Shown in pieces: positions 12,758 through 27,100 of a DNA stretch of 64,000 nucleotides (the stretch's first letter is position 1; each line of letters begins with the position of its first letter). The DNA comes from Neocallimastix sp. 'constans'. Its lineage: Eukaryota. A program made the position numbers and the translations under genes. The notes beneath the pieces are model-generated. The model ran no database searches. It worked only from the letters and a program-made list of their open reading frames with translations, and was not told the origin of the DNA. The stretch lies in contig JBODTK010000134.1 in NCBI GenBank assembly GCA_050613775.1, positions 62,001 to 126,000 of the forward strand, read 5' to 3'.

Positions 12758-14984
12758 ATCTTTTTGAAGTTCACCTTTTAAAAAATAAAAATTATTTTAA
12801 TTATTAATACATAATAATTAATAATTTTTAATTAATTATAATAATAAATAATTTATATACAATATTTTTTATAATAAAGCATTGAATATTAAATTTGTTT
12901 ACTTTTTAAAAAAAATATATATATATATATTCATAAATCATAAAGAAAGATAAATTTAATAATAAAAATAAAATAATATTCATTTCAAACTAAACAATAT
13001 AAACGATATTATCATAAATTATTTATTATTATTTGGATATTGCTGAAATATTAAAATGTTATATAATATTGTTTTATTGTTCATATTACTGGGAATGATG
13101 CATTTCGTGACATGACTTATATATAAATTTTTATTTTGTAAAATAACTACTCACCATATTAAATATTAAATATTTTATTATATTGTTCTTACAAAAATAT
13201 TAAAATATATCTTTAAAATTAAATATTATTAAATATTATTTCATTATTTTATTATTTATTTATATTTAAATATTATTTTATTATTTTATTATTTATTTAA
13301 ATTTAAATATTATTTATTTATCAAAAATAATTTAAGCCACCCTTACATCAAAGGGATAAAAAAGATAAAAAAATAAAATTAACGAAAAAAAAGTAGAATT
13401 AGAAAAAGGAAGTAATATGAAGAACTAAAAAGTACGCCGTACTTTATATAAAGCCTACATTTCGAAATGCAACCACATCTGTATTATTTATAAATTTTTA
13501 TTTATTATAAATCTATAAATCTATTTATATTAATGTGTCTATTATTAAATTTATATGTGTTATATGTTATATGTGTGTGTATCTATATTATTATAGGTAT
13601 AGTTATAAATAATTAAAAAACTATATGTATATATTATATCTATATATTTGTATATATCATTTATTTATTTTTTAATTTATTTATTTATTATTTATTTGTT
13701 TGTTTGTTTATTTGTTTATTTATTGATTGTTTTATTTATATATATATATATTTATTTATTTATATTTATTTATTTATTTATTTATTGTTATAAATTACAT
13801 GGTATTACCTTATTTAAAAATAAAAAAATGTATTTTTTATTTTCATACAAGATAACAAAAAGGTACTATTAATTATTATATGCTTATATTTTTATACATA
13901 TTTAAAATTTTATTTTTTTAATATTAAAAGGCATGCTTTTTCTTTTTTTTTAAATTTTCATTTCAAATAATAAAATACTTTTTAACATTTATATTTAAAA
14001 TAAATAATTGTTTTTTAATTTGTTAATAAAAAAAGTAAATAGATGATAAATAAAATTACATATTGTTATTATTATTGTTGCTTCTTTCATTTTTTGTTAA
14101 AGGTTATTTTTATATTTAAATGTTATTGGTATTACTTTTATTTAATTTTAAAGTTATATTTATATAAAAGTTGTAATAATATATATATATATATTTTTTT
14201 TTATTTGTTTTCTTAACTATTAATATTCTTTTTTTTTGAAATAAAAATATTTGATGAAAACTATCAAAGAAAAATTTTAGTATAATATATATATATATAT
14301 TTTTGCTTTTTGCTTTATTTTGCTTTGTTAATGTTAAAAAATTAGATTCTCTAATGTATTTTAATAGTTTACATATTTAAAAACATTAAATGTATTAAAA
14401 ATTTGTCATTTTTAATTTTGCAGATTAGGATATACTTTTTATCATATAAGATATAATCTAACCTATTTAGTAATAAATTAAAATTAAAAAAAATAATAAT
14501 ATTTTTTTTTAAAAAAACAATAAAAAAAAAAAAAAAAATTAAAATAATAAAAAAAAATAAATATAAATAAATATATAAATGAATATATATCTAAACACCA
14601 AAAATATAATAAATAAAGTTAATTTGAAAAATAATCTAATTTAAAATATAATAAATAAACATAAAATTTTCATTTAATTAAATTAAATTATTTATACTGA
14701 ATTTTTTAAATAAAAGTTTTTTTTAAAATTTTACATATTTTAATATTTATTGAAATAAGAAAAAAATATCTAAACTTAAAAAAAAAAAAAAAAAATAAAA
14801 AATATGATATGAAATATTATTATATTATTTTTAAATATATTTCAAATATATATAATAGTATAATATTCATTTTTATTGAATGTACAAAATCAGATAATTT
14901 CATGGTATAACATTAAATTATCATTATCTACATATATCATTAAATTATTCTATAAAAAGAACATATATATATATTTAAATTAAA

Positions 14985-16529
14985 ATGAAAAAGACAGCTG
15001 TTTCTTCATCAAAAGCAACAGTTTCTAAATCAAGTCAAAAAAAGAGAACACCAAGTGGAGGAGAAGGAAATGTTGGAAGTCAAGTTACTACAGGTATTCA
15101 TCAAGAAGTTGAAAATCCAGATACATCTTTTGCTTCTTGGCCAGTTTGGAATGAACAAGAAGTAGCATCTGAAAAATGGATAACAAAACACGCATTTGAA
15201 GATCCAGATGGCGCTGTGACTTTACCAAGGAAATTACGTTCAAAAGTAGATTCATGGAAGAGACCTATTGAATTTATAACAGATAATCAATCACCAGTAA
15301 TTGTAGCTTCTGGAAATAACGTAGATGATTATTTTTTTTTACCAATATCTACTGCTCCATCAAGCCCAGCAATAAGTAATATATCATTACATGGTATGAA
15401 AAATATATAATAATTTATAATTATACAAATTATTTATGTAATTTTTTTTTTTTTTTTAATTTAAAATATTATTCTTATAATTACTGTTTTCATTATCGCT
15501 ACTATTATTTCCACCACTGCAATTATTACTGATATTACTATATCAACTAATACGATTACTTATAATATAAATAATAATTATTATTATAATAATAATAATA
15601 CATATAATAATAATTATTTTAATAATAATAAATATGATAATAACAATAACAATAACAATAACAATAACAATAATAATAACAATAAATAATAAATAACAAA
15701 TAACAAATAACAATAAAAATAATAAAATGAAATATTAATTATTATATATATTTTTAAATATCTATTTTTATTCTTATTGTTATTATAAATGTATTTTTAA
15801 TATAATATATATAATTTTTTATTTAATTTATTTCATTTTAATATGTTTCTTTTTTATGAAAGTTAACACTCCAGATAAAGAGAAAAAAAAGGAAAATGAA
15901 AATGAAGAAAAAAAAGATGAAAATAAATCTTCAACACAAGATTCAAAAGATGATAAATTACATATTAATGAGACAGTAGTTACAGATCCATCTATTACTG
16001 AAACTGAGGATGATAATTCAGATAAAAAGTATTCTGAAGCTAGTAAATTATTTCAAGAAAATTCACATTTATTAGGTTCAGAATTAATGTGTAATATTCT
16101 ATCAGCATTTCATTATATATATTGTCAATTGAAAAATCAAAAAAATCCTCAAAATCCAGATGATTTTTCTTTATGGGATCATATTTATCCAAAGGGAAAA
16201 GATGGTATGCCTATCTATAATTCTTCTGGTAAATATATTGTAAAACTTTATTGGTTAGGAAATTGGAGAAAAATTACAGTGGATGATTCCATTCCATTAG
16301 ATGCCAAAGGTAGACCTTTGCTCGTTCGAAGTGCATTACAACATGAACTTTGGCCATTAATTTTATCAAAAGCTATTTTAAAAATTGCTGAATTAAGGTA
16401 TTTCTTTGGAACTATATATCTATATATATATTAATATATATTAGTATTAATATTTAAAGATTAGTATATAATCATCAATATATAACTATCAATATATAAA
16501 CATCAATATAAACATCAATTTATAACTTT

Positions 16530-16580
<51 letters not shown>

Positions 16581-17967
16581 TCATTATACAAATGTTAACA
16601 TATAAACATCAATATATATATTATCTCTTTTATAATTTTTTTATTTTTTTATTTTTATTTTTATTTTTATTTTTTTATTTTTATTTTTATTTTATTTTTT
16701 ATTTTTTTATTTTATTCTATTATAATATTTTTACAAAAAATAAATTAATATTTTATTATAATTATTAATTATTAATTTGCTTACTTTACATCATATTATC
16801 TTTTTTTTTTTTTTTTTTTTTTCGTTATCTTATTATTTATATATTATTAATTATCATTATAAATAAATATAATTATAATAAAAATATTTAAAAAAATTTT
16901 TTTTATTACTATTAAATAGTTATAGAGAAAGTGAAGATTATATGGATTTTGGTGATTTTGATGTTATACATACTCTTTCATCATGGATTGTTGAGAGATA
17001 TAGTTTTCGTAAAAAGTCGTATGATATTATTTGGAATGATATTAATTTTATTACGGCATCTAATTTAACTATAAGTTCTCAATCTATGAGTACACTAGGG
17101 TCATTAAATCAAAACGGTAATAATGGGAACAATAATTCCAATAATAATAATAATTCAAACAACAATAATTCCAATAATAATAATTCCAATAATAATAATA
17201 ATAATTCCAATAATAATGCAAACAATAATAATAATAGTAATAATCAAATTAATAATAATTCAATAAGTGCTAATACAAATCAAAATCAAAATCAGTTTAG
17301 TAAAACACTTAATGGTGATAGAGATAAAATGATGAATTCTACATCAAAAGATGCAACGCAAAATCAAGCACCTGTAAATATAAATTATGCAATATTTGCA
17401 TGGAAAGAACCTGGCCCTTTTCAATGTCAAATTCCTACTACCGTTAATGGAATTAAAAAGTAATAAACAATTTAATTCTATTGATCATATTATTATTTAT
17501 TTATTTTATTATTTCATAATAAGGATAATACTTTATACTTAATTTATTATTATTTATCTTTATTTTATTATTTATTTTTAATTTTTTTTTTTATTTTTTT
17601 TTTTATATTTTCTTTTTATATAAATTAATTCTTAATTAATAAATGATTGTTATTCTATTAAAATATTATAAAATTTTAATATTTTATATATTAAAAGTCC
17701 AATAAAACAGTCAATTCTTTATAATTTATCATTTCCCTATAGAATTATTGAAGTAAAAGAGAATTTTGATGATCCAGAATTTGAAAGACAAATACATTTA
17801 AGGGGATATTTTTCATCTGGGTAAATAATTTTTTATTTGGTTTTCATTTAAAAAAAATAATATATATATATATATATATATATTTAATTTATATTTGAAA
17901 TATTACAATAGTAATAATAATAATAAAAATAAAAAATAAAAAAAATAATAATAATACATATAATTAA

Positions 17968-17999
<32 letters not shown>

Positions 18000-18287
18000 A
18001 ATTTTTTTTATTTCATTATTTATATTTCTATCAGAAATCAAATTAACAGCCAAAAATTGTTACCTAAAAAAAATAATAATTTAACAGTTAAAAACAATAA
18101 AACAGTAGAAGAACCTCAGGTAGAACATCAACCAAATCAACCTGATACTTTTGATATATGGATATCATTTGAAGAATTTTGTTTAACATTTAAGTAATTG
18201 TTATTATATCTTTTAATAGAGAGTCATATTATTATTATAAATATTTTTTATCAATATATTAATTGTCATTTAATAAATTTTATTTCA

Positions 18288-18319
<32 letters not shown>

Positions 18320-19039
18320 GATATATTTTGTATTATTATTCACCATCTGTATTTAAAGTTCAAAAATCTTTTCAATATTATCCTGATTATATAATAAATA
18401 AATTACCTATTAAAGATCAGACTTTAATTCCAGAATCATTAAGAATTCCTCAAGTTTTATGTATAATATAATATTTTATTAATCATCAAAATATTATATA
18501 TATTATAATTTTGAAAAAATATTAAAAATAAATGTGAAAACTAAATTAAATTATTTTTTATATATAATTTTAATAAATTTATTTAATTTTATTATTATGA
18601 TATATATATATATATATTTTTGTATTTACTATTGGATATAATAGATGTTTCTGAAGATACACAAAATCCTATAAATATCTATATGACAGTTTCAACATTT
18701 AGTAAAATAAAACCAGGATTATCAAGGGATGGCTCTGTAGTAGTTCAAAAATATGATTGGACTTCATTAAATCCACAAAAACCATTAATAAGATTATCAA
18801 CAAATGCAAGTTTAACCTGTCAATATTTAATTAAACCAGGGTAATAATAATAATTCATATATATATATATAATATATTAACAGGAACAATAATATATTTT
18901 AATATTTTTTTTTTTTTATTGTTAAATTCTATATTTTGAAAATGTTATTATAAACATTTTTATTTAATTTTTTATATTTTTATATTTTTTTTTTATATTT
19001 TTATTTTTTATGCATAATCTCAAATTTTAATATTATTTA

Positions 19040-19082
<43 letters not shown>

Positions 19083-19129
19083 GTTTTATATTAATATTAT
19101 ATTATTTTAATATTTTGATACAATTCTAT

Positions 19130-19162
<33 letters not shown>

Positions 19163-19881
19163 CATATTATATTTACCAGTGATGCATTTACATTTGTTAT
19201 TGATAATCCATGTGGATTTATTTCAATACAATTCTGGACATTTACACAACAATTTTCTCTTGAAGAGGAAGGAAAATATTTATCCGATGTATTAAAGGTT
19301 AATGTGACAGATGTTGACGATGTATTCAATATTCAACAACCAAATACATGGAATATTCTATTTAAGTAAATATTAATTTCATATATCTGTGATTTTTATA
19401 TAGAAAAAAGTGAAAAATTTTATTAATTCATAAATAATAATAATTTTTTATATATTTATATTAATATTTATATATTTTTTTTTAATTTTTTATTTTTTAT
19501 TTTTTATTTTTTATTTTTATATTTTATAAACACATTTATAATAATAAGACAAGCTTTTTCTTTAACAAAACCATTATTTTTATCTCCTGCTTTTTATGTT
19601 TCAGAATCAATACAATATAATACATCCTTACATATTATTGATAATGATACAAATACAGAAATTTCTCAGCCTTTATTTAGACTAAGGCCAAAAAGATATT
19701 TACCAAATACGGTTAATATTAATAATTTTATTTTTTTTTTTTTTATAATATATTTTAATTATTAAAATTATTATAAATGAAATAAAATTTTTTAAAATAA
19801 ATCTAAATTATTTTTTATTCATTATTTTTTTTTTTATTTTTTTTATTAATTTTTTATTTTTATTTTATTTTATTTTAATTT

Positions 19882-19941
<60 letters not shown>

Positions 19942-20289
19942 TAAAATGAAAAATTATATATATAAACTATATATAACTGATTAAACTATTTTAATGTAGA
20001 ATGGTTATACAGTAGTGGCTGAGTGTAGATCACCTAATACTAAAGTAAGTGGAAAATGGAAAATGAGACTAATTAGTTTACCTTCACCTTTATCTGAACC
20101 TCTATCAATATCTAAATACAATGTTCAAGATTTTAATGAAGTTTATACACCAAATAAACATAATATACTATTCCGGTGAGTTTATGAGTTTATAAAAATT
20201 TTTATATTAATATATAAATATTTATTTATATAATTATTTATTCATTTATGGTGATAATCATTATTTAAAAAACTATTTATCACAATTTT

Positions 20290-20337
<48 letters not shown>

Positions 20338-21036
20338 AATCTTACACTCTTAATTTATATAAATGTATAAATTTAATTATAAAAATAGATATCTAGTTAA
20401 AGTTAAAGATAGTCCAAAAGATTTATTATCTATAAAATTGACTTTTTCTCATAAAAATTCTTATGTTACATTAAATGTTTATGATGGTGAGACTTTATTA
20501 TCTACTTCTAAAGGAAAAGGAACAACATCTATTATGTCAATTTATATGGAAAGAGAACAATTTGAGAAAGACCAAGTTAAATCTGTTGTAAAAGAACCTA
20601 CCAAACAAAAAGAAAAGGATAAAGATTCTAAAAAAGACAAAGACAAAGATAAGGATAAAGACAAAGATAAAGATAAGGATAAAGACAAAGATAAAGAAAA
20701 GGATAAAGACAAAGATAAAGAAAAGGATAAAGATAAAGATTCTAAAAAGACTGCCTCTGATGATCAAAAAATAGATACATCTGATAAGGTAAAGATAAAT
20801 CAAATATTTAGAAAAAATGATAATTTTGTCATTATTTGTATAATATTATCATATTCATCATTAAGATTAATTTAATTACTACTTATATTATTATTTATTA
20901 AATAAAAATAAAAAAAATAAATATTAATAAATAATATATATAATCAATAATAATAATAAAAAATAATAATTTTTTTTTAATATATTAATTTATTTTAATA
21001 TTATTTCTTTTTATATATTACATTATATTATATATA

Positions 21037-21085
<49 letters not shown>

Positions 21086-22677
21086 AAAATTTAATAAATA
21101 TTAAATATTATATTGTAATTTATTATTATTATATCATCATAACATTAATATAATCATTACTATGATATTAGGCACCTATTCATAGATATATTATTGAAGG
21201 AATTGTTGAAATATTAAGTTTACAATCTACCCCACCAAATCCTTTAAATAAAACAATAGAGGAAGAACAGACTGTAAGTTCTTTAAAAGAGACTAAAAAT
21301 TCTAAAAATCACTCAGGAAGAAGAAAAAGAAATAATTCAAATATATCAACCATTACAGCAGCTACTACTCAAGGTAAAGATAAAAAGGGTGATAGTAAGG
21401 ATAAAGATCAAACAAAGGATGCATCAGCAAAACAAGATAAATCTAGTAATAACGGCAATAATAGTACTAATCCAACTGGTACTACCCCTAATACATCTAA
21501 TAATGTTGAATTAAGCTATAAGCTTAGACTTATATCATCAGATGGAGCTTCTGTAACTATTGCAAAAGATACAGAAAAGGAAGAAAAATATAAAGTTATA
21601 AAAAATTCATGGGAAGTTGGACAAGCAGGAAGAGCTTCAAAAGCTAAAGAAAGCAGAATAAATTATTTAAAACAATTGGAAAAGGGAACAATTAAAACAG
21701 TTCCTCTCTTCACTAAACAATTCATTTCATTAAATGGGCCATCATTAGTTATGAATCGGTTTATTGATAATTACTTTACTCGTTCTTCCAATCCATCAAC
21801 AGCGAGTACTACCACAACCAATGAAAGTAATATTATATCACCTTCTGCTTCTAAAGAATATAAACTTCAAAATTCAAGTACATTAAAAGTTACGATGGAT
21901 ACCAATCAAGAAAATGAAACTATAAAAAATGTATTTGAAAAAAATGTTGATGAATTATTAAATCAAACTAGTACAAAATCAATTCTTTCTGACCCAAAAT
22001 ATCTTTCGAAAAAATATTTTTCAGAATCAAATATCAATGATGTCCATAATTATTCAAAGAATTTCAATAGAATGAATTCAAGGGAGGAAGTTATTAAGGG
22101 ATCAAAAGATATCATTGAAAAGATTATATTTACTAAACCTAAGAAAAATTATGAACAATTTTTAAATGATAATAATGTAATTATGACGAAGGAAGAAATT
22201 TCGCTCTTAAGAACCAAGAGTACTACCCTTTCTTATAATGACTATTTAGCAAAATATGTTCGTAAAATAAATAAGGTACCCAAACCTCCACTCCTATATA
22301 AACCATGGTCGATTGTTTATGAATTAGATCAACCTCCAAGAGTTAAAGACGAAGAACTTATAAATAAACGTATTAAGAAATCAACGGAAATTAATGAAAT
22401 CTTTAATAATTTTCAGTCGTCAGTGGTTAGTCGTCGTGAAGAAAATAAAAAAATGAGAAGTCAAGAAAAACAATTACAGATGGATAGATTAGTTGATAAA
22501 AGATATATGGATGAACAGATACATAAAGTGGACCTAGAAAGAAGGAAAATCTATAAAAGTAATTTATTGGAAGAACTAAAACTCTTAAAAATTCAAATTG
22601 AACAAGAAAAACAATTACAAGCAACTATTAAATCAATTCAAGAATCTCCTTCATTTTTAGCAGATACAGATTATTAG
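14985..22677 (+). CDS. ADGB: Androglobin homologue (calpain-like domain and conserved C-terminal regions; globin/IQ module not detected); about 12 exons
   Basis: Motifs matching recalled ADGB blocks: FASWPVWNEQEVASEKW..FEDPDG..LP..SWKRP; HLLGSELM; WDHIYPK..MPIYNSSGKYIVKLYWLGNWRKITVDD..ELWPLILSKAILKIA; QQPNTWNILFK; LHIIDNDT; NGYTVVAE..KWKMRLI..YTPNKHNILFRYLVKV; KDTEKEE..KNSWE..GRASKAKESRINYL. All introns can be read as in-frame GT-AG. Confidence 0.85.
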
Positions 22678-22740
22678 ATTATTAACTTAACATAAAATAT
22701 ATTTATAAACATTTAAAATAAAACAAACAAAAAAAAAGAA

Positions 22741-22773
<33 letters not shown>

Positions 22774-22898
22774 ACCCTTATATTCATATATATATATATA
22801 TATATATTTAAAAAATTATAATATATAATATATAAGAATAAAAAGAATCCAAATGATTTTTTTTCTTTGTAGATATTTTATTTAATAAAAGTAAAGAA

Positions 22899-22929
<31 letters not shown>

Positions 22930-23220
22930 TTAATTAGTTAATAATTTATCAAAGTAATACCTAAAAATTTAAATATTTTTCTCCTTTTTTTTTTTATTTT
23001 ATTTTATTTTATTTTATTTTTTATTATTTTTATTTTTTTTTTTTTTAATTAAAATTAACATAACAAAAACAAAAAAAAAAAAACAAAAACAAAAAAAAAA
23101 GAACAAAAAAAAAACAAACAAACAAACAAACAAACAAAAAAACGAACAATATATATATATATATATATATATTATTTTTTATTATTTTTCTTCTTTCATG
23201 GAATTTTTGAAATTTTTTTT

Positions 23221-23258
<38 letters not shown>

Positions 23259-23926
23259 CGTTATTTCGTGTTAGCTTGATATTTATTTATTTTTACATTT
23301 AGATTTACATTAGTATATATTAACTTTTAAAATATTTCATAATATACTTTTATAATGTATAAATTTCCATGTAAAATATTTTCATAGTATACTTATATGA
23401 TGTATAAAATTTCAAAACATTTTAATAAAAATCAATAATAATATATAATTAACATATAATATTGTTAAATTATATATATATAAATTAAATTCTTTATATT
23501 TTAATATTTTCAATATATATATAAAATTAAATTTACAATTTTATATTAATCTTGCTATGAACTTTTTTTTTTAATAATTATGTTAGAATTCTAAGTCAAT
23601 CATGTTAGCAACTTAAATATAATTTATAAGACATAATACAATAGTTTTGAATAAGATACTTATTATAAAAAGGATTAACTTTTCCCAAATCACTTTTTTT
23701 GGAATTTCAAAAATTTTAAAAGGCTTTAAATAGCATTAACTGTAAATGTATAATATATATTATAAATTCATAACATAATATTATATAAATATTGTTAAAA
23801 TTTAAATTTATTATTGTAATAATTTTAATTTTTTGTATTTTGAAACATAATTAAAGTTCTTTTTCATTTTAAAATTTATTAAATAATAGTTGATTTGAAC
23901 CATGGTAATAATTAATTAATTAATAA

Positions 23927-24033
<107 letters not shown>

Positions 24034-24290
24034 AAATTTATTTATTTATATAAAAAAGTTGTTATAATAAGTTGTTAGATATATTAAAAGAATATTTATT
24101 ATAGTTAATGATATATAAATGATTTAATTATCAATAGCTTTCATACATTATAATAAAAATTTTAAATTATTCTATATAATTTCTCTTGAAATAAAAAAAA
24201 AAAAAAGAAATTTATATTTTAGTTATAATAAATTTTAAATCAAAATAAAAACTTTACAAATTATTTGAATTATATTCAATTCATATATAG

Positions 24291-24638
24291 TTATTATGGT
24301 TTTACTGATGAGGCTTTCAACTCTGTATGTACATCACTTCTTGAAAGTTCTGAAATATATAATAAGGAAAATGAATTTATTTCAAAATTGAGTCAAGAAA
24401 ACCTACTTGCCTTACTCAAGGTATACAATATCCCAAATTATGGTGAACTTTTTAATACCATGATGGTTAAAAAATTAGAAAACAGCTACAGTTTCTGCAA
24501 AGAATGTTGTTTATGATTTGTATAACACAATTAATAACGTTGTTAAAGAAAAATACAGTGTATCAATAAAAAATGAAGAAACCGTTGAACTTGGAAGATG
24601 TCTTATACAAGCAAGAATGCTATTAAATATAAAATTTC

Positions 24639-24723
<85 letters not shown>

Positions 24724-24790
24724 TTTAGCTTCTATATTGACATTTTAAAAAAAAATCTTCAAGCTTCAAATATGATAAAATAACAGTTTT
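24291..24790 (+). pseudogene. Possible degenerate coding fragment of unknown origin
   Basis: Two adjacent ORFs (24265-24516 and 24518-~24640) with protein-like composition and higher GC than the flanks. They are joined by a stop/frameshift and interrupted by (TAT)n; no clear start. Confidence 0.3.
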
Positions 24791-26275
24791 GACATCTTCA
24801 ATATTATTATATTTTGATAGATTATCATATTCTATTTATTTCAGCAATATTTAATATTCTAATTAGATTATAAGATAGAATTAAAGATTTTTATAAATAT
24901 AATAATTAAATTTATTTTACATTTATTTTAATTTTTTATTACATTTTAAAATTATTTTATTATAAATTATTCCCAAATTTTTTTTTCTGCTATATAATTG
25001 CTCATTTTTCAAATAAATAAATAATAAATAATAAATAATAAATAATAAATAATAAATAATAAATAATAAATAATAAATAATAATAATAAATAATAAAGAA
25101 TATATATTAATATTATTAATAATAAATAATAAATAATAAATATAAATAATAAATAATAAATATAAATAATAAATAATAATCAATAATCAATAATCAATAA
25201 TCAATAATCAATAATCAATAATCAATAATAATATAATAATTATTAACAAAAATAAGAATTATATGACTATATGTTGTATCAATAACAATAATAGTGTATC
25301 ATGAATAATTATCAATATTAGCAATAATTACATTGTTCATTATATATATCAATATTTTAATTGCTATATTTAATGAATTAAAAGTAAAAGTAGAGAAAAA
25401 AAAATTAAAAATAATAATTTAAAATAAAAGAATATATAACTGTTTTAAATATCAATAAATTATAAGTTTAAAAATATTGAATTATTTTTTTTTTTTTTAA
25501 AGAAACCAAAGAATTCTTAGTTATTTTTATTCAATAAAATATTTTTTTATCTCAATCATTCATTCTTAAGTAATTTTTACTTTAATAAATTATACATTTT
25601 AATTTTTTCAATAATTTGAAAATACAATTATCATTATATAAATATAATTAATATATTAAAATATATTAATAAATTTAAAAAACAAAATAAAAATTTTGAA
25701 AACTATTAAAAATTTGTCGTTACTACCAACTTCTAATTACATATTTTATAATTTATAATTGGATAGCTTAAAAGTTAAAGACTAATACCTATATAAATAA
25801 TCATTGTTCATATTCTGCTTATTTGAACATTTTTTAAATTCAAATTAAATCATTTTATTAGTATGTAAATGATAATTTTTAAATTTCATAATTTTTAAAT
25901 TTCTTTTTGGAAAAATTATAAATGCTAGTAATTAGTATATGTATACATAAATTTAGGAAAATTATATTAATTATAAAAATAAATATTAAATCTTAGGTTA
26001 AATTATAGACAAATAACTATTTTGAGTGCTGATATTTTTTACTGAAATGATAAGACTATATCATGGACAAACATAATTATATTTTATTAAATATATGCAA
26101 AAAAAAAAAAAATTAATAATAATTTTGGGTCGTAAATTTATTTTATTGTAAAAATGAAGTACAATTTTGTATTATTTTAAACATTCATATTATATAAATT
26201 AAGAAGTTCCTTTTCATTCTTATAACAGATAATTATTATAGGATTATTGTTCAATTCATTTTTTTAATTTCAAAA

Positions 26276-26285
26276 CTAAATTATA

Positions 26286-26321
<36 letters not shown>

Positions 26322-26640
26322 ATCGGTATGTATATGTATCGCCCATATTTTCATACCCCCTTAAGTGCATGGGAATATTTGAGGTAGTCACAACACTTCG
26401 TATAGGCAGATATTGTCCTTACTGGACAGCCTTACTGAGTGCTTAGCATAGGTGTTATGACATGCATAGTATTGCTGAGAATTTTTTAGTACGCTTTTTA
26501 TCAGAGTGCTTCTCCAGTTCCTAATTTCCCATTGAAGCGAGACCAATATAACCTAACCATGCGATACTTCCTAGCTCCCTTGGTAATTGTATATTAGTCA
26601 GAAAGACTGTTTTTTAGTAGAATATATCTAAATTATACCA
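26276..26640 (-). mobile_element. Short retro-insertion (LINE 3' end or SINE-like) with poly(A) and 13-bp TSD
   Basis: CTAAATTATACCA at 26276-26288 and 26628-26640 flanks T30 (26289-26318) plus a ~310-bp GC-richer body. Confidence 0.85.
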
Positions 26641-26863
26641 AAATTTTATTTTATATTTTAAATTTGTAAATTTTTGCATTTTTAAAATAGATTTATATAT
26701 TAATTTTTATTTATTAAATATAGAATTTTAATATATTTTATTAAATTTATTTATATATTAATTTTAAATTTATATGTAAATAAATATATATTAATTTTTA
26801 ACAAATAAAGGATTAATTGAATTAATATACTAATATTTATTTATTGTATATATATAATTTTAT

Positions 26864-26896
<33 letters not shown>

Positions 26897-27100
26897 TTTA
26901 TATTTTTAAAATTACATTATAAAAAGTTTTATATTATATTGCAATATATATTTTTTATTTTTATTAAAATTAAATTTAAAGAAAAAAAAAAAAAATCTTG
27001 GAGAGAGCGATATAATTATAATCAATTCGGATAAAAAAATTGAAGAAAGTGTAAAAGAATAAATATTGCAATAGTTATAAATATTAAAAAATATAACAAA

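Noticed and set aside
13092..13120. ATGATG resembling a snoRNA C box
   Set aside because: Imperfect C box with no matching D box or terminal stem.
14895..14912. Possible RFX X-box upstream of ADGB (TTTCATGGTATAAC)
   Set aside because: Poor fit to the GTTNCCATGGNAAC consensus, and none was found upstream of the ASH gene.
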